A stretch of DNA of 64,000 nucleotides from Oliverunavirus OLIVR1 (lineage: Duplodnaviria > Heunggongvirae > Uroviricota > Caudoviricetes > Schitoviridae). The notes beneath the pieces were generated by a model. The model was not told the origin of the DNA. It was given only the letters and a program-made list of their open reading frames with translations, and searched no databases. The DNA is taken from the IMG/VR virus record IMGVR_UViG_2974724996_000001, positions 1-64,000 of that record; one strand, written 5' to 3'. Position numbers and translations under genes: made by a program. The first letter of the stretch is position 1; every line of letters begins with the position of its first letter. Of the stretch, positions 16,984 to 25,419 are shown in pieces.

Positions 16984-17655
16984 ATGGTCAACTGAGACTG
17001 CCTTAAAAGCATCCGGAATACGGGTTCCTCTGAACCCGTTCAAGAGGAAACGGAAACGCAATCAGCAGGACCGGTTCCTCAACAAGAGGGAAGCATCTGA
17101 GCATCCTTCTCATCACGCGAAAAGGTGAAAAATGTTCGAACTGACGGCGATCCGTCTAAGTAGTGATCGATGGTGAAGCAGGAGAGGCACGCAGTCTTTG
17201 CGCAATAACCTAAACTGGTCATGAATGACAGTTACTGGTCTTTGAAAAGAAAGTAAGAACTCATAAAGAAACGATTAGCTCTTGATCGATGTCAAGGCCA
17301 CGAAAGGGTGGTTACCTTAAATTCCAAAAGAGTTGTCATCCAAGGATGGAGACGATTTCCGGTCTCTGCAAAACCGGTACATATAGCCAAAACCACATAT
17401 GACGCTAGGTCGTGGTAGGCATTTGTCGCTCAGCCCATTTGGGTATTCGGAGTGAGAACTACTCTAGGCCCGCTAACTGCCCTCATCAGTAAAGCCCGCC
17501 AATCATCATCAGGTGACTCTACGATCCAGCAACACTGCATGTATGAAATACGTGTAATGCTATGACGATAGCAACGGGAGCACGTCCCACGATACAGTCA
17601 CTGCTGCGATCAATAGCGCCATCGCTATTACTGAACCTATTAGTCTAATAAGGAG
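16984..17655 (+). other. 672-bp ORF-free region immediately upstream of the RNAP large-subunit gene
   Basis: No ORF over 30 codons with an RBS on either strand; many local inverted repeats; ends at RBS taaggag. Confidence 0.4.
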
Positions 17656-18867
17656 ATGACTATGTTTGAAACCTTCACTGCCAAGCAGTACCTGAAGATC
17701 GATATCGCCAACAACTTCGGTGATAACCTTGATAAGGCCCTGTGGCAGGATCGTATCAAGTGGTTTGATGACAATGAACATCAGCTTGAAGCAATTGCCA
17801 AGAATGCTGATGAGCCTGCTCTTTATTGTGCAGGTGTACGAGCATGGCGTAATGCCCAAAAAGGCAACGTCAACCATTACCCAATCTCTCTGGATGCAAC
17901 ATCATCCGGAATTCAAATTCTGTCTGCACTCACCGGTGACCGCAAGGGAGCCGAAGTATGCAACGTAGTGGATGTTGGCGAGCGACGTGATGCCTACAAA
18001 TTTCTCTATGAAATCATCGTCAAGAAGATCAACGGCACTGCCAAGATCGACCGCAAGGATACTAAGCGGGCTATCATGACGGCTTTCTATAATTCTGAAG
18101 CTGTTCCGAAGGAGGTCTTTGGAGAAGGTCAATTGCTCACCACCTTCTACGAAACCATGGGTGAAGAGGCTCCCGGTGCGTGGGAACTTAACGAAACCAT
18201 GAAGGACCTCTGGAACCCAAAAGCTCTTAGCAATGACTGGGTTATGCCTGACAACTTCCATGTTCACGTAAAAATCATGGGCCAACAAACTGATTATGTT
18301 CAGTTTTTAGATAAACCCTATGAAGTAACCTATGCAATCAATACCTGCATCGAAAAGGGTCGTTCATTAGGCGCTAACATGACGCACTCTATTGACGGCA
18401 TGATCGTTCGTGAAATGGTTCTGCGTTGCAACTACGACCAGAAGAGCATTGTATGGCTTCTTGGTCTGTTGGAAGGCAAAGCCTCTATCGAAGCGAACCC
18501 AGAAAACAGTAAAATGATGCAGACACTCTGGGGTCATTATACTGACTGTGGTTTTCTCTCCGCACGTATCCTTGACTATCTCGATGATGAGTCCATCAAG
18601 TTGGTCGATAAAGTCGTAATCTTCGATCTTATTGCAAGTCTTCCGAAACATCCTTTCGAAGTTATTGCAGTACATGATTGCTTCCGTTGCTTGCCAAACT
18701 ACGGCAATGATCTTCGTCGTCAATATAACCAGCTTCTTTCCAATATTGCCAAATCTGATTTGCTTAGCTTCTTGCTTTCGCAAATTATAGGTAAACTGGT
18801 AAAGGTTGGTAAGCATGATCCAGAACTCTGGAAAGACATCCTCGAAAGTAACTACGCACTTTCTTAA
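17656..18867 (+). CDS. T7-like single-subunit RNA polymerase, large subunit (N4 RNAP II p4B-like, C-terminal half)
   Basis: 403 aa; ISLDATSSGIQILSAL (T7 LAFDGSCSGIQHFSAML), KRAIMTAFYNS (motif B KRSVMTLAYGS), NMTHSIDGMIV (NFVHSQDGSHL), IAVHDCFRCLPNY (motif C HDSF). Confidence 0.85.
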   Translation: MTMFETFTAKQYLKIDIANNFGDNLDKALWQDRIKWFDDNEHQLEAIAKNADEPALYCAGVRAWRNAQKGNVNHYPISLDATSSGIQILSALTGDRKGAEVCNVVDVGERRDAYKFLYEIIVKKINGTAKIDRKDTKRAIMTAFYNSEAVPKEVFGEGQLLTTFYETMGEEAPGAWELNETMKDLWNPKALSNDWVMPDNFHVHVKIMGQQTDYVQFLDKPYEVTYAINTCIEKGRSLGANMTHSIDGMIVREMVLRCNYDQKSIVWLLGLLEGKASIEANPENSKMMQTLWGHYTDCGFLSARILDYLDDESIKLVDKVVIFDLIASLPKHPFEVIAVHDCFRCLPNYGNDLRRQYNQLLSNIAKSDLLSFLLSQIIGKLVKVGKHDPELWKDILESNYALS

Positions 18868-18875
18868 TACCTTGG

Positions 18876-18905
18876 CCTCACACTTCGGTGTGGGGTCTTT
18901 TTAAT
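18876..18905 (+). terminator. rho-independent terminator
   Basis: cctcacac-ttcg-gtgtgggg then tctttttaattt. Confidence 0.7.
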
Positions 18906-18933
18906 TTATCTACGATAGTCTTGGAGATATATA

Positions 18934-19290
18934 ATGTTAATGGAAAATCGAGAGGCAATTCTTGCTCGTATTACTGACCGTATATTAATCCAAGATTTAG
19001 GCTTTCTCCTGAATGGAGTTCCTAGCCCTTGTCATATTTGGCAAGGTGGGACTTCAGGAAACGGCAGAGGCGGTGGCTACGGACGGATGTCCCTGTACGG
19101 ATGTACTACAGCGGTTCACATCGTCATGTGGCGACTTCACAATGGTCCTATCCTGCCTAAAAGGCAAATTGACCATATGTGTAATAACCGCCTCTGCTGT
19201 AATATTCTTCACCTTCAAATGGTGACCAATCTCAAAAACCAAAGGCTTAGAGCCAAGAGAGCTAAGGAGGCTCTATACTACCATGTCTGA
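18934..19290 (+). CDS. HNH homing endonuclease (HNH_3 type)
   Basis: 118 aa; G..GYGR...G...AHIVMWRLHNGPI...IDHMCNNRLCCNILHLQMVTNLKN. Confidence 0.75.
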   Translation: MLMENREAILARITDRILIQDLGFLLNGVPSPCHIWQGGTSGNGRGGGYGRMSLYGCTTAVHIVMWRLHNGPILPKRQIDHMCNNRLCCNILHLQMVTNLKNQRLRAKRAKEALYYHV

Positions 19291-19356
19291 CAATGTTCTC
19301 GCATACGGCCTGCTGTTGAGCAGGTACAGGCAATTCAAAAACATCTGTACTAAGTG

Positions 19357-19390
19357 AAGCCCTCCTAGAAATAGGGGGGCTTTTTTATAT
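19357..19390 (+). terminator. rho-independent terminator
   Basis: agccctcc-tagaaata-ggggggct then tttttat. Confidence 0.7.
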
Positions 19391-19407
19391 CAATAAGGAG
19401 TCAAGTA

Positions 19408-19911
19408 ATGCGAAGACTATTTGTCGATCTTGATGGGGTCATGGCAGATTTTGATACTCATTTCCGTAATCTTTTCAATTGCGATCCCCCCAGTAAAATA
19501 GGGGGCGTAAACGATGATGAAATGTGGAAGCTTATTCATGATAAGGGGGATTTCTTTGAAACCATACCTGTCTTCGAAGGGACATTGAGTTTCTGGAAAA
19601 AGATCACAGATTATGCGGATTTTGACCCCATCATCCTCACTGCTGCTTCTAAAAAGCATTACCATGCAATGGCGATCCAAAAGAGAAAATGGGTTCGTCA
19701 GACGTTGTCAACAGAGCATTTGATCCTTCCTGTATGGGGATCTTCCTCCAAGACACTTTTCATGCACGCCCCCGGCGATGTTCTAATCGATGATTACAAG
19801 AAAAATTGTGATCGTTGGAATGCTGCTGGTGGTTACGCTATCCACCACACCGACTTTGATAAGTCCTTCAAGGAACTTATTGAAATAATGGAAACCCCTT
19901 TCTTTGGATAA
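19408..19911 (+). CDS. HAD-superfamily phosphatase, 5'(3')-deoxyribonucleotidase-like
   Basis: N-terminal FVDLDGVMADF is HAD motif I (DxDG[TV]); 167 aa, the usual size of phage dNMP nucleotidases. Confidence 0.55.
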   Translation: MRRLFVDLDGVMADFDTHFRNLFNCDPPSKIGGVNDDEMWKLIHDKGDFFETIPVFEGTLSFWKKITDYADFDPIILTAASKKHYHAMAIQKRKWVRQTLSTEHLILPVWGSSSKTLFMHAPGDVLIDDYKKNCDRWNAAGGYAIHHTDFDKSFKELIEIMETPFFG

Positions 19912-19947
19912 TTTATCCAAATAACCCACAAAAAGGATACCCATATA

Positions 19948-21027
19948 ATGGATGCCTCTGAAATTAATCTCTATCGCGGTTCTATGCGTCAGGTCCGTTA
20001 CTGGATCGGACGTGCTCTGAAAGTAGGGCTTATCCCTATGGTTCAGGGTTCCCCAGGCATTGGTAAGTCTGCCATGATCCGTGCAACCGCCAAGGACTTG
20101 AACCTCAAGGTTCTTGATGACCGTGTGGCCACTAACGGTCCAGAGCATTATTCCGGTTTGCCGGATGTCTCTGGTAATAAGGCTGTCTACAAACCATTCG
20201 ATGTGTTCCCGTTGGAAGGTGATCCACTGCCCAAAGACGAGAATGGCAACGAAATGGCAGGTTGGCTTCTCTACTTGTCTGAGTTTAACTCTGGTCTGCC
20301 TACCACCCTCGTAGGCGTCTACAAGCTCCTTCAAGAACGTGAAGTGGGTCAACGTCCGCTGCACAGCAAGGTATACATCGTTGCTGACGGTAATCGTGAT
20401 GAAGACCGTGCAATTACTCAGGCACTTGGTTCAGCGCTTCAGCGTCGTCTTCTGTGGCTTGAGGCATTTGTTGACGGAACCCAGCCGACTCACTTCGATG
20501 ACTTCATGCAGGATGTTGCCATCCCGCAGAAGTGGAATACCAAGACTGTTGCCTTCCTGAACTGGAAGCGGGCATATTTGAACAACTTTGATCCTGAACA
20601 TAAGGATAAGACGTTCGCTTGCCCGGGTACGTGGGAATGGGTCTCTAAGCTCTCTGATGACGAAGAACCCATTGCAGCCGATGCACCTCTTTATTGCGGT
20701 GCCGTTGGTCCTGTTGGCGTTGAGTACGTCAATTTCTGCGAAGAGTTCGGCAATCTGCCTGATCTTGCCAGCATTCTTGCTGACCCCCGCACTGCACCTA
20801 TCCCGGATGCCACAGAGAGCCAACGTCAGTGGGCTATTATCGGTATGCTTATCGATGAAACCACTGACAAAAACTTGTCTGATCTCGGTGACTATGTAGA
20901 TCGCTTCTCTCTCGAATTCCGTATCCTGTACTGGCGTTCGGTTCAGATCAAGCATCCGCATTTGCGCCGTGATCCGGCATTCATTCGTGCACAGACTGCA
21001 CTGGCACGCTACCTGTTCGGAGAGTGA
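19948..21027 (+). CDS. MoxR/CbbQ-like AAA+ ATPase
   Basis: Walker A VQGSPGIGKS, Walker B-like KVYIVAD; paired with a downstream VWA protein as in MoxR-VWA modules. Confidence 0.65.
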   Translation: MDASEINLYRGSMRQVRYWIGRALKVGLIPMVQGSPGIGKSAMIRATAKDLNLKVLDDRVATNGPEHYSGLPDVSGNKAVYKPFDVFPLEGDPLPKDENGNEMAGWLLYLSEFNSGLPTTLVGVYKLLQEREVGQRPLHSKVYIVADGNRDEDRAITQALGSALQRRLLWLEAFVDGTQPTHFDDFMQDVAIPQKWNTKTVAFLNWKRAYLNNFDPEHKDKTFACPGTWEWVSKLSDDEEPIAADAPLYCGAVGPVGVEYVNFCEEFGNLPDLASILADPRTAPIPDATESQRQWAIIGMLIDETTDKNLSDLGDYVDRFSLEFRILYWRSVQIKHPHLRRDPAFIRAQTALARYLFGE

Positions 21028-21028
21028 T

Positions 21029-22234
21029 ATGACCCATTCGATGCAGACACTTCAGAGAGAGCTTGACCGATGCAAATCGGTCATCCTGCTGCATCGCGGT
21101 GAGGCTCATCTCGCACACTTGCTCTTCTCCACCAGTATCATCTGGGCAGAAGATGCGGTTACTGCATATATTAATGGTTTCATTATTGCAGTAAATCCGA
21201 ACTACTTCATGAAACTGCCTACGTCTTCAAGAGAAACGTTGATTGCCAGCCTTCTCTGGAAACTTGCTATGCTTCATCTCGTCCGTGGACAAGGTAAAGA
21301 TGCTTGGCTCTGGCAGATGGCTTCAAGCTATTGGGTCAATAATGAACTCCATAGTCGAGGTTACTCGTTCGATGGAATGACCCCTTGGCTTGATCATCGT
21401 TACGATGGGCAGGCTGTTGAGGAAATCTACGATGACCTCGTTCTTCGTGAAGAGCAGGGAACTTTGGATGATCCACAAGCATTGTGGGGAGCCTACGACG
21501 ATGACGGTAATTATGACGTTACCGATCTAAGGCACCCTACTGAAGGTAAAATGATGGCGGGTTCTCCAGTCCCCCCTGTTGATCCTTCACTTGCTCAAAA
21601 GATGACTACCGCTGTAGTGAAAGCAGTTCAGTACGCTGCTCAAGCAGGCGGTGGTTACAGTGGATCAACTCCTGTAGCAGACATGGTAAAGCAATTCCTC
21701 AATCCCAAAGTTAATTGGGAAAGAGAAGTTCTGCCTTTCATGACTGCACAGGAAGGATGGGACTATAACTGGCAGATACCCAGCAGACGCATCAGACATA
21801 CCTACCTACCTTCGCTTGCAAAGAGTAGTCAAGGTGGTCTGGATCACATTGCGTTCATGGGTGACAGTTCTGGTTCTATTACCAAAGCCCAACTTGTCCG
21901 TATCAATTCAGAAGCTCACTTCATCAAGAAGCGTTTCAATCCCGAGCTATTCACCATGTTGAATTTCGATGACGAAATTCAGATGGAAAAACGAATGACT
22001 CGTTATGACCGTTTCGATGAAATGGAAGTAATCGGAAGAGGTGGTACAGACCTCTGGTGCGTCCGTAATTGGATTATCAAGAACAAACCCAAGGCTGTAG
22101 TAGTCTTTTCGGATTTGGTCTGTGATCCGATGGTTGCACTGGAACCAAAGGATATGGTCCCGATATTGTGGATCGTCTTTAATAACCCCGGTGCCGTGGT
22201 TCCCCATGGTCGGGCAATCCACATCAACGAGTAA
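21029..22234 (+). CDS. VWA (von Willebrand factor A) domain protein
   Basis: Start set to ATG 21029 overlapping the upstream TGA; MIDAS motif HIAFMGDSSGSIT (DxSxS). Confidence 0.6.
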   Translation: MTHSMQTLQRELDRCKSVILLHRGEAHLAHLLFSTSIIWAEDAVTAYINGFIIAVNPNYFMKLPTSSRETLIASLLWKLAMLHLVRGQGKDAWLWQMASSYWVNNELHSRGYSFDGMTPWLDHRYDGQAVEEIYDDLVLREEQGTLDDPQALWGAYDDDGNYDVTDLRHPTEGKMMAGSPVPPVDPSLAQKMTTAVVKAVQYAAQAGGGYSGSTPVADMVKQFLNPKVNWEREVLPFMTAQEGWDYNWQIPSRRIRHTYLPSLAKSSQGGLDHIAFMGDSSGSITKAQLVRINSEAHFIKKRFNPELFTMLNFDDEIQMEKRMTRYDRFDEMEVIGRGGTDLWCVRNWIIKNKPKAVVVFSDLVCDPMVALEPKDMVPILWIVFNNPGAVVPHGRAIHINE

Positions 22235-22240
22235 CCATTG

Positions 22241-22270
22241 GGGGAGCAATAGCTCCCCCTCCTTTTATTA
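22241..22270 (+). terminator. rho-independent terminator
   Basis: gggggagc-aata-gctccccc then tccttttatta. Confidence 0.7.
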
Positions 22271-22280
22271 GAGGTGTAAT

Positions 22281-22865
22281 ATGATCTGTAATGGTCAGGC
22301 GCTTTATCTGGCTAAGCCAGTAGTTAACATGACAGACCGTAAACACCGTCAGCATGGTGTATCTTGGGGTCTTTCCGAAGTTGGTTATGATCTCAGAACC
22401 AAACAGAAAATAGAATTTGTGCCACCTGATCCTTACGGATTTTACTCAACAATCAACAATGAGTATTTATTATCCAAAGGGTATTTTGATGATGTTCTTA
22501 AAGAACATTTCTTTGGATATACCAAAGTTTTCAAAGAAGACGGTACATTTGAAAAAACATTAGGACGAACTGCTTTGGCTTCGTCTGTAGAAGAATTTGA
22601 TATCCCGCTTAATCTGTGGGGTGAGCTTCGTAACAAGAGTACCTTAGCTCGTCAATTTATTGACGCAACCATTGGTACCGATATCGAACCGGGTTGGAAA
22701 GGCTTTTTGACTATTGAAGTAATATTTCATGGTAATAAACCTATTACCATTCCTGCCGGTTCCGGAATAGCAAAGGCTGTATTCCATGAGCTTCGCCACA
22801 TGGCTGAGTACAAAGGCAAATACCAATATCAGCCTGATGAACCCGTTCTCTCCAAATTTGAATAA
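22281..22865 (+). CDS. dcd: dCTP deaminase / dUTPase-superfamily protein
   Basis: SEVGYDLR and IDATIGTDIEPGWKGFLTIEV...G..IAKAVF match dCTP deaminase family patterns. Confidence 0.75.
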   Translation: MICNGQALYLAKPVVNMTDRKHRQHGVSWGLSEVGYDLRTKQKIEFVPPDPYGFYSTINNEYLLSKGYFDDVLKEHFFGYTKVFKEDGTFEKTLGRTALASSVEEFDIPLNLWGELRNKSTLARQFIDATIGTDIEPGWKGFLTIEVIFHGNKPITIPAGSGIAKAVFHELRHMAEYKGKYQYQPDEPVLSKFE

Positions 22866-22876
22866 GGATCAAGACC

Positions 22877-25399
22877 TTGGAAGTTACTCACCACTCCGAT
22901 TATGATACCCATGCCATCATGGGTGTCAGTGCTGCCAAAGCATTTGGCATCATTAACTCAGCAGAGTTCATTACAGTTCTGTCGAGCACACTCTATTCAG
23001 ATGCCTTTTTGGCTGTCATTCGCGAAGTGGTGTGTAACGCATGGGACGCCCACAAAATTACCAATCAAACCCACATCCCCGTTCAAATCAAAATCGATGA
23101 AACCTCTTTGATTATCAAAGATTTTGGTCCCGGTATCGATCCGGCTAAAATGACGGAAATTTATTGCACCTACGGGGGTTCGACCAAAAAAGCTCAGGAA
23201 AACCAAACAGGTGGTTTTGGTCTTGGTTCCAAATCTCCCTTTGCTTACACAACGCACTTCACTGTTACTGTAAGCTGGGGTGGTAAAAAGACCATCTGGG
23301 CAATCTCTCGCGGTTCCGCTGATACCAAAGGTATGCCTGATGCTCGCATCATCGTATCTGTACCAACCACGGAAACAGGGGTTGAGGTAGAAATCCCGAT
23401 CAACGATCCTGCTGATGTTACGAAATTCAAAAAAGTTATCAGTCAGGTCGTAGGCTTTGGTGAAATCAATGCCACTCTGAACGGGATGCCTATCCCGACT
23501 GTTCCTATCAGCAAAGGGGAAGAAGGTTTCCTTGTTACCAATAGAATTCCTCCATCCCAAAACGGTCTGCTCTATGTTCGCTATGGTAATGTGGTTTATC
23601 CAATTCCATCCCATCGTGAATATGAAGAACTCTACGAGGGAGCCAAGGAAATTCTTGAACGGTCTCGTAATGAATATGAAAGAGGCTACGCATACAGTAT
23701 ACGGCCCTCTTTGAATGTCATTTTTGAGGCTGCTGCAAATAGCATTTCCGTCACGCCTTCTCGTGAAAGTATTCATGCCTCAGATCGAACCATTGCTACC
23801 ATAACCATCTTGTTGAAGAAATTCATTGATGCCTTCAGCAAAGTAGGAAGTGATGGGCATCTCGCCAGAGAGGAACAACTGATTATTGATCAAATGATCA
23901 GAAATAAACAAGATCTTCGTGATATGCTATTTGATGATAATATTATCAAAACATATTACCAAAATAAGGAAAACAAATACCGTACATTGCAGGGAGACTT
24001 CTTTTCCGCAAAGGAGGTAATCCTTGGTTTTGCTGTTCAAGGCTATATGTTCAATAATGATAATTTCCTCGCCAAACTAAAAATGGCACGTCTCAATCGT
24101 GCCATCAAAGAGGAATCTGCTGATAAGGATTTGTTAATCCAATTCAGAAAAATCATGAAAGAGCATCCGTATATGTGGGATAGAGGCAAAAGTCATCGCC
24201 CACATCATATTCGGTACACGGGTATTCTAACCAAAGCTGTCAAAGCTAATCTCAACCCTAAGAACCTTATCATCTGGGATAGAGAAGGTTACATGGGCCG
24301 TAGGGCATTTGCAGGTCAAGAGTTGTACCTATCACAAGATAGCCTCAAAAACTTGTTAATCATGTCCAAGCGTGTGGTGATGATTGTTGGTTCAAAAAGC
24401 CAGATCAGAGACACTCCGTGGGGACGTACCAAGCCTGATGGATGGGATTATATCCCAGAACGAGGTTGCCTCGTTTATTTGATGGGTGCTCGTAAATATG
24501 CCAATAAAAATGAGACCATTCGGTTCTTTAAGAAGCAGGGTTTCATCGTTATCGATATAATCGCTGAAGAGGAGAAATATGCTCCAAAGCCTCTACTTGC
24601 TCCTACCATCACAAAGACTGATAAGCCCGTGTTCAAGAAACCCAAAGATCACTTCGTGGGTCTTAAAACCTTGATTTACACATCCGGGGATCAACAATTT
24701 TTTGGAAGACGACAACATCTCGATAAAAGTGATGAAGAGAAAATCTGGATCAAAAATCCTGAATTTGTTTTCACGGCTTACTGCACACGAGATGACTCCT
24801 ATCGAGCCAGATTCTTTGAATTTGGCGATCAGAAGGCTTTGGAAATTGTCCAACGCTTTGGTGATAAGGGCGCAATTGCACTCAATAAGAACCAAAGAGA
24901 AAAGATGATTGCTGCCGGGGCTATCGACGGAGAAACGTATGTCATGGATAGAATTATTGAAGGGGTGATTAATAATCCCTCTTTCAAGGATTACTATCAA
25001 AATATGAATTGGTTCAGTGGCTACAAGCAATTGAACGGATTACTATATAATGACATTCTCCTGTATACCAAACTTGGTAAACAGCTTCCGAAAGTACCGA
25101 CTCTCAATGAAGATGAACTTGAGCTTCTGGAATTATTCACTCATTTTCGTCAGAAATTCAAATATCAATATTCATCAATTGCTTCTTCAAAGAAATTTGC
25201 AAAAGCCGGTGAAGTTATTGATGAATGGAAAAGCAAAGCCAATAAGAACCCTCTCAAGGGCATCATTGCTGATGATGTGGATAAACGTCTCAGTTTCATT
25301 GATCTGTCAGATATTCTCGAAAATCTCGCAGATGATAATACGTCTCCACGTAATCGTGCATATCTTGAAACCCTTCTTCTCACAACCTTTCTTGGTTAG
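22877..25399 (+). CDS. rIIA: GHKL-ATPase domain protein, rIIA-like
   Basis: 840 aa; N-box REVVCNAWDAH (ExxxNAxDA), G1 box IKDFGPGI, G2 box GGFGLGSKS; T4 rIIA has the same N-terminal histidine-kinase-like ATPase. Confidence 0.55.
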   Translation: MEVTHHSDYDTHAIMGVSAAKAFGIINSAEFITVLSSTLYSDAFLAVIREVVCNAWDAHKITNQTHIPVQIKIDETSLIIKDFGPGIDPAKMTEIYCTYGGSTKKAQENQTGGFGLGSKSPFAYTTHFTVTVSWGGKKTIWAISRGSADTKGMPDARIIVSVPTTETGVEVEIPINDPADVTKFKKVISQVVGFGEINATLNGMPIPTVPISKGEEGFLVTNRIPPSQNGLLYVRYGNVVYPIPSHREYEELYEGAKEILERSRNEYERGYAYSIRPSLNVIFEAAANSISVTPSRESIHASDRTIATITILLKKFIDAFSKVGSDGHLAREEQLIIDQMIRNKQDLRDMLFDDNIIKTYYQNKENKYRTLQGDFFSAKEVILGFAVQGYMFNNDNFLAKLKMARLNRAIKEESADKDLLIQFRKIMKEHPYMWDRGKSHRPHHIRYTGILTKAVKANLNPKNLIIWDREGYMGRRAFAGQELYLSQDSLKNLLIMSKRVVMIVGSKSQIRDTPWGRTKPDGWDYIPERGCLVYLMGARKYANKNETIRFFKKQGFIVIDIIAEEEKYAPKPLLAPTITKTDKPVFKKPKDHFVGLKTLIYTSGDQQFFGRRQHLDKSDEEKIWIKNPEFVFTAYCTRDDSYRARFFEFGDQKALEIVQRFGDKGAIALNKNQREKMIAAGAIDGETYVMDRIIEGVINNPSFKDYYQNMNWFSGYKQLNGLLYNDILLYTKLGKQLPKVPTLNEDELELLELFTHFRQKFKYQYSSIASSKKFAKAGEVIDEWKSKANKNPLKGIIADDVDKRLSFIDLSDILENLADDNTSPRNRAYLETLLLTTFLG

Positions 25400-25419
25400 T
25401 GATATAATGAAAGGATAAT

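Noticed and set aside
13454-17655. Reading the 4.2-kb interruption of the RNAP genes as a group I/II intron or intein
   Set aside because: It contains at least nine separate ORFs with their own RBSs and an internal terminator-like region. No intron core (P/Q/R/S, domain V) or intein blocks are visible. A free-standing HEG cassette insertion is more parsimonious.
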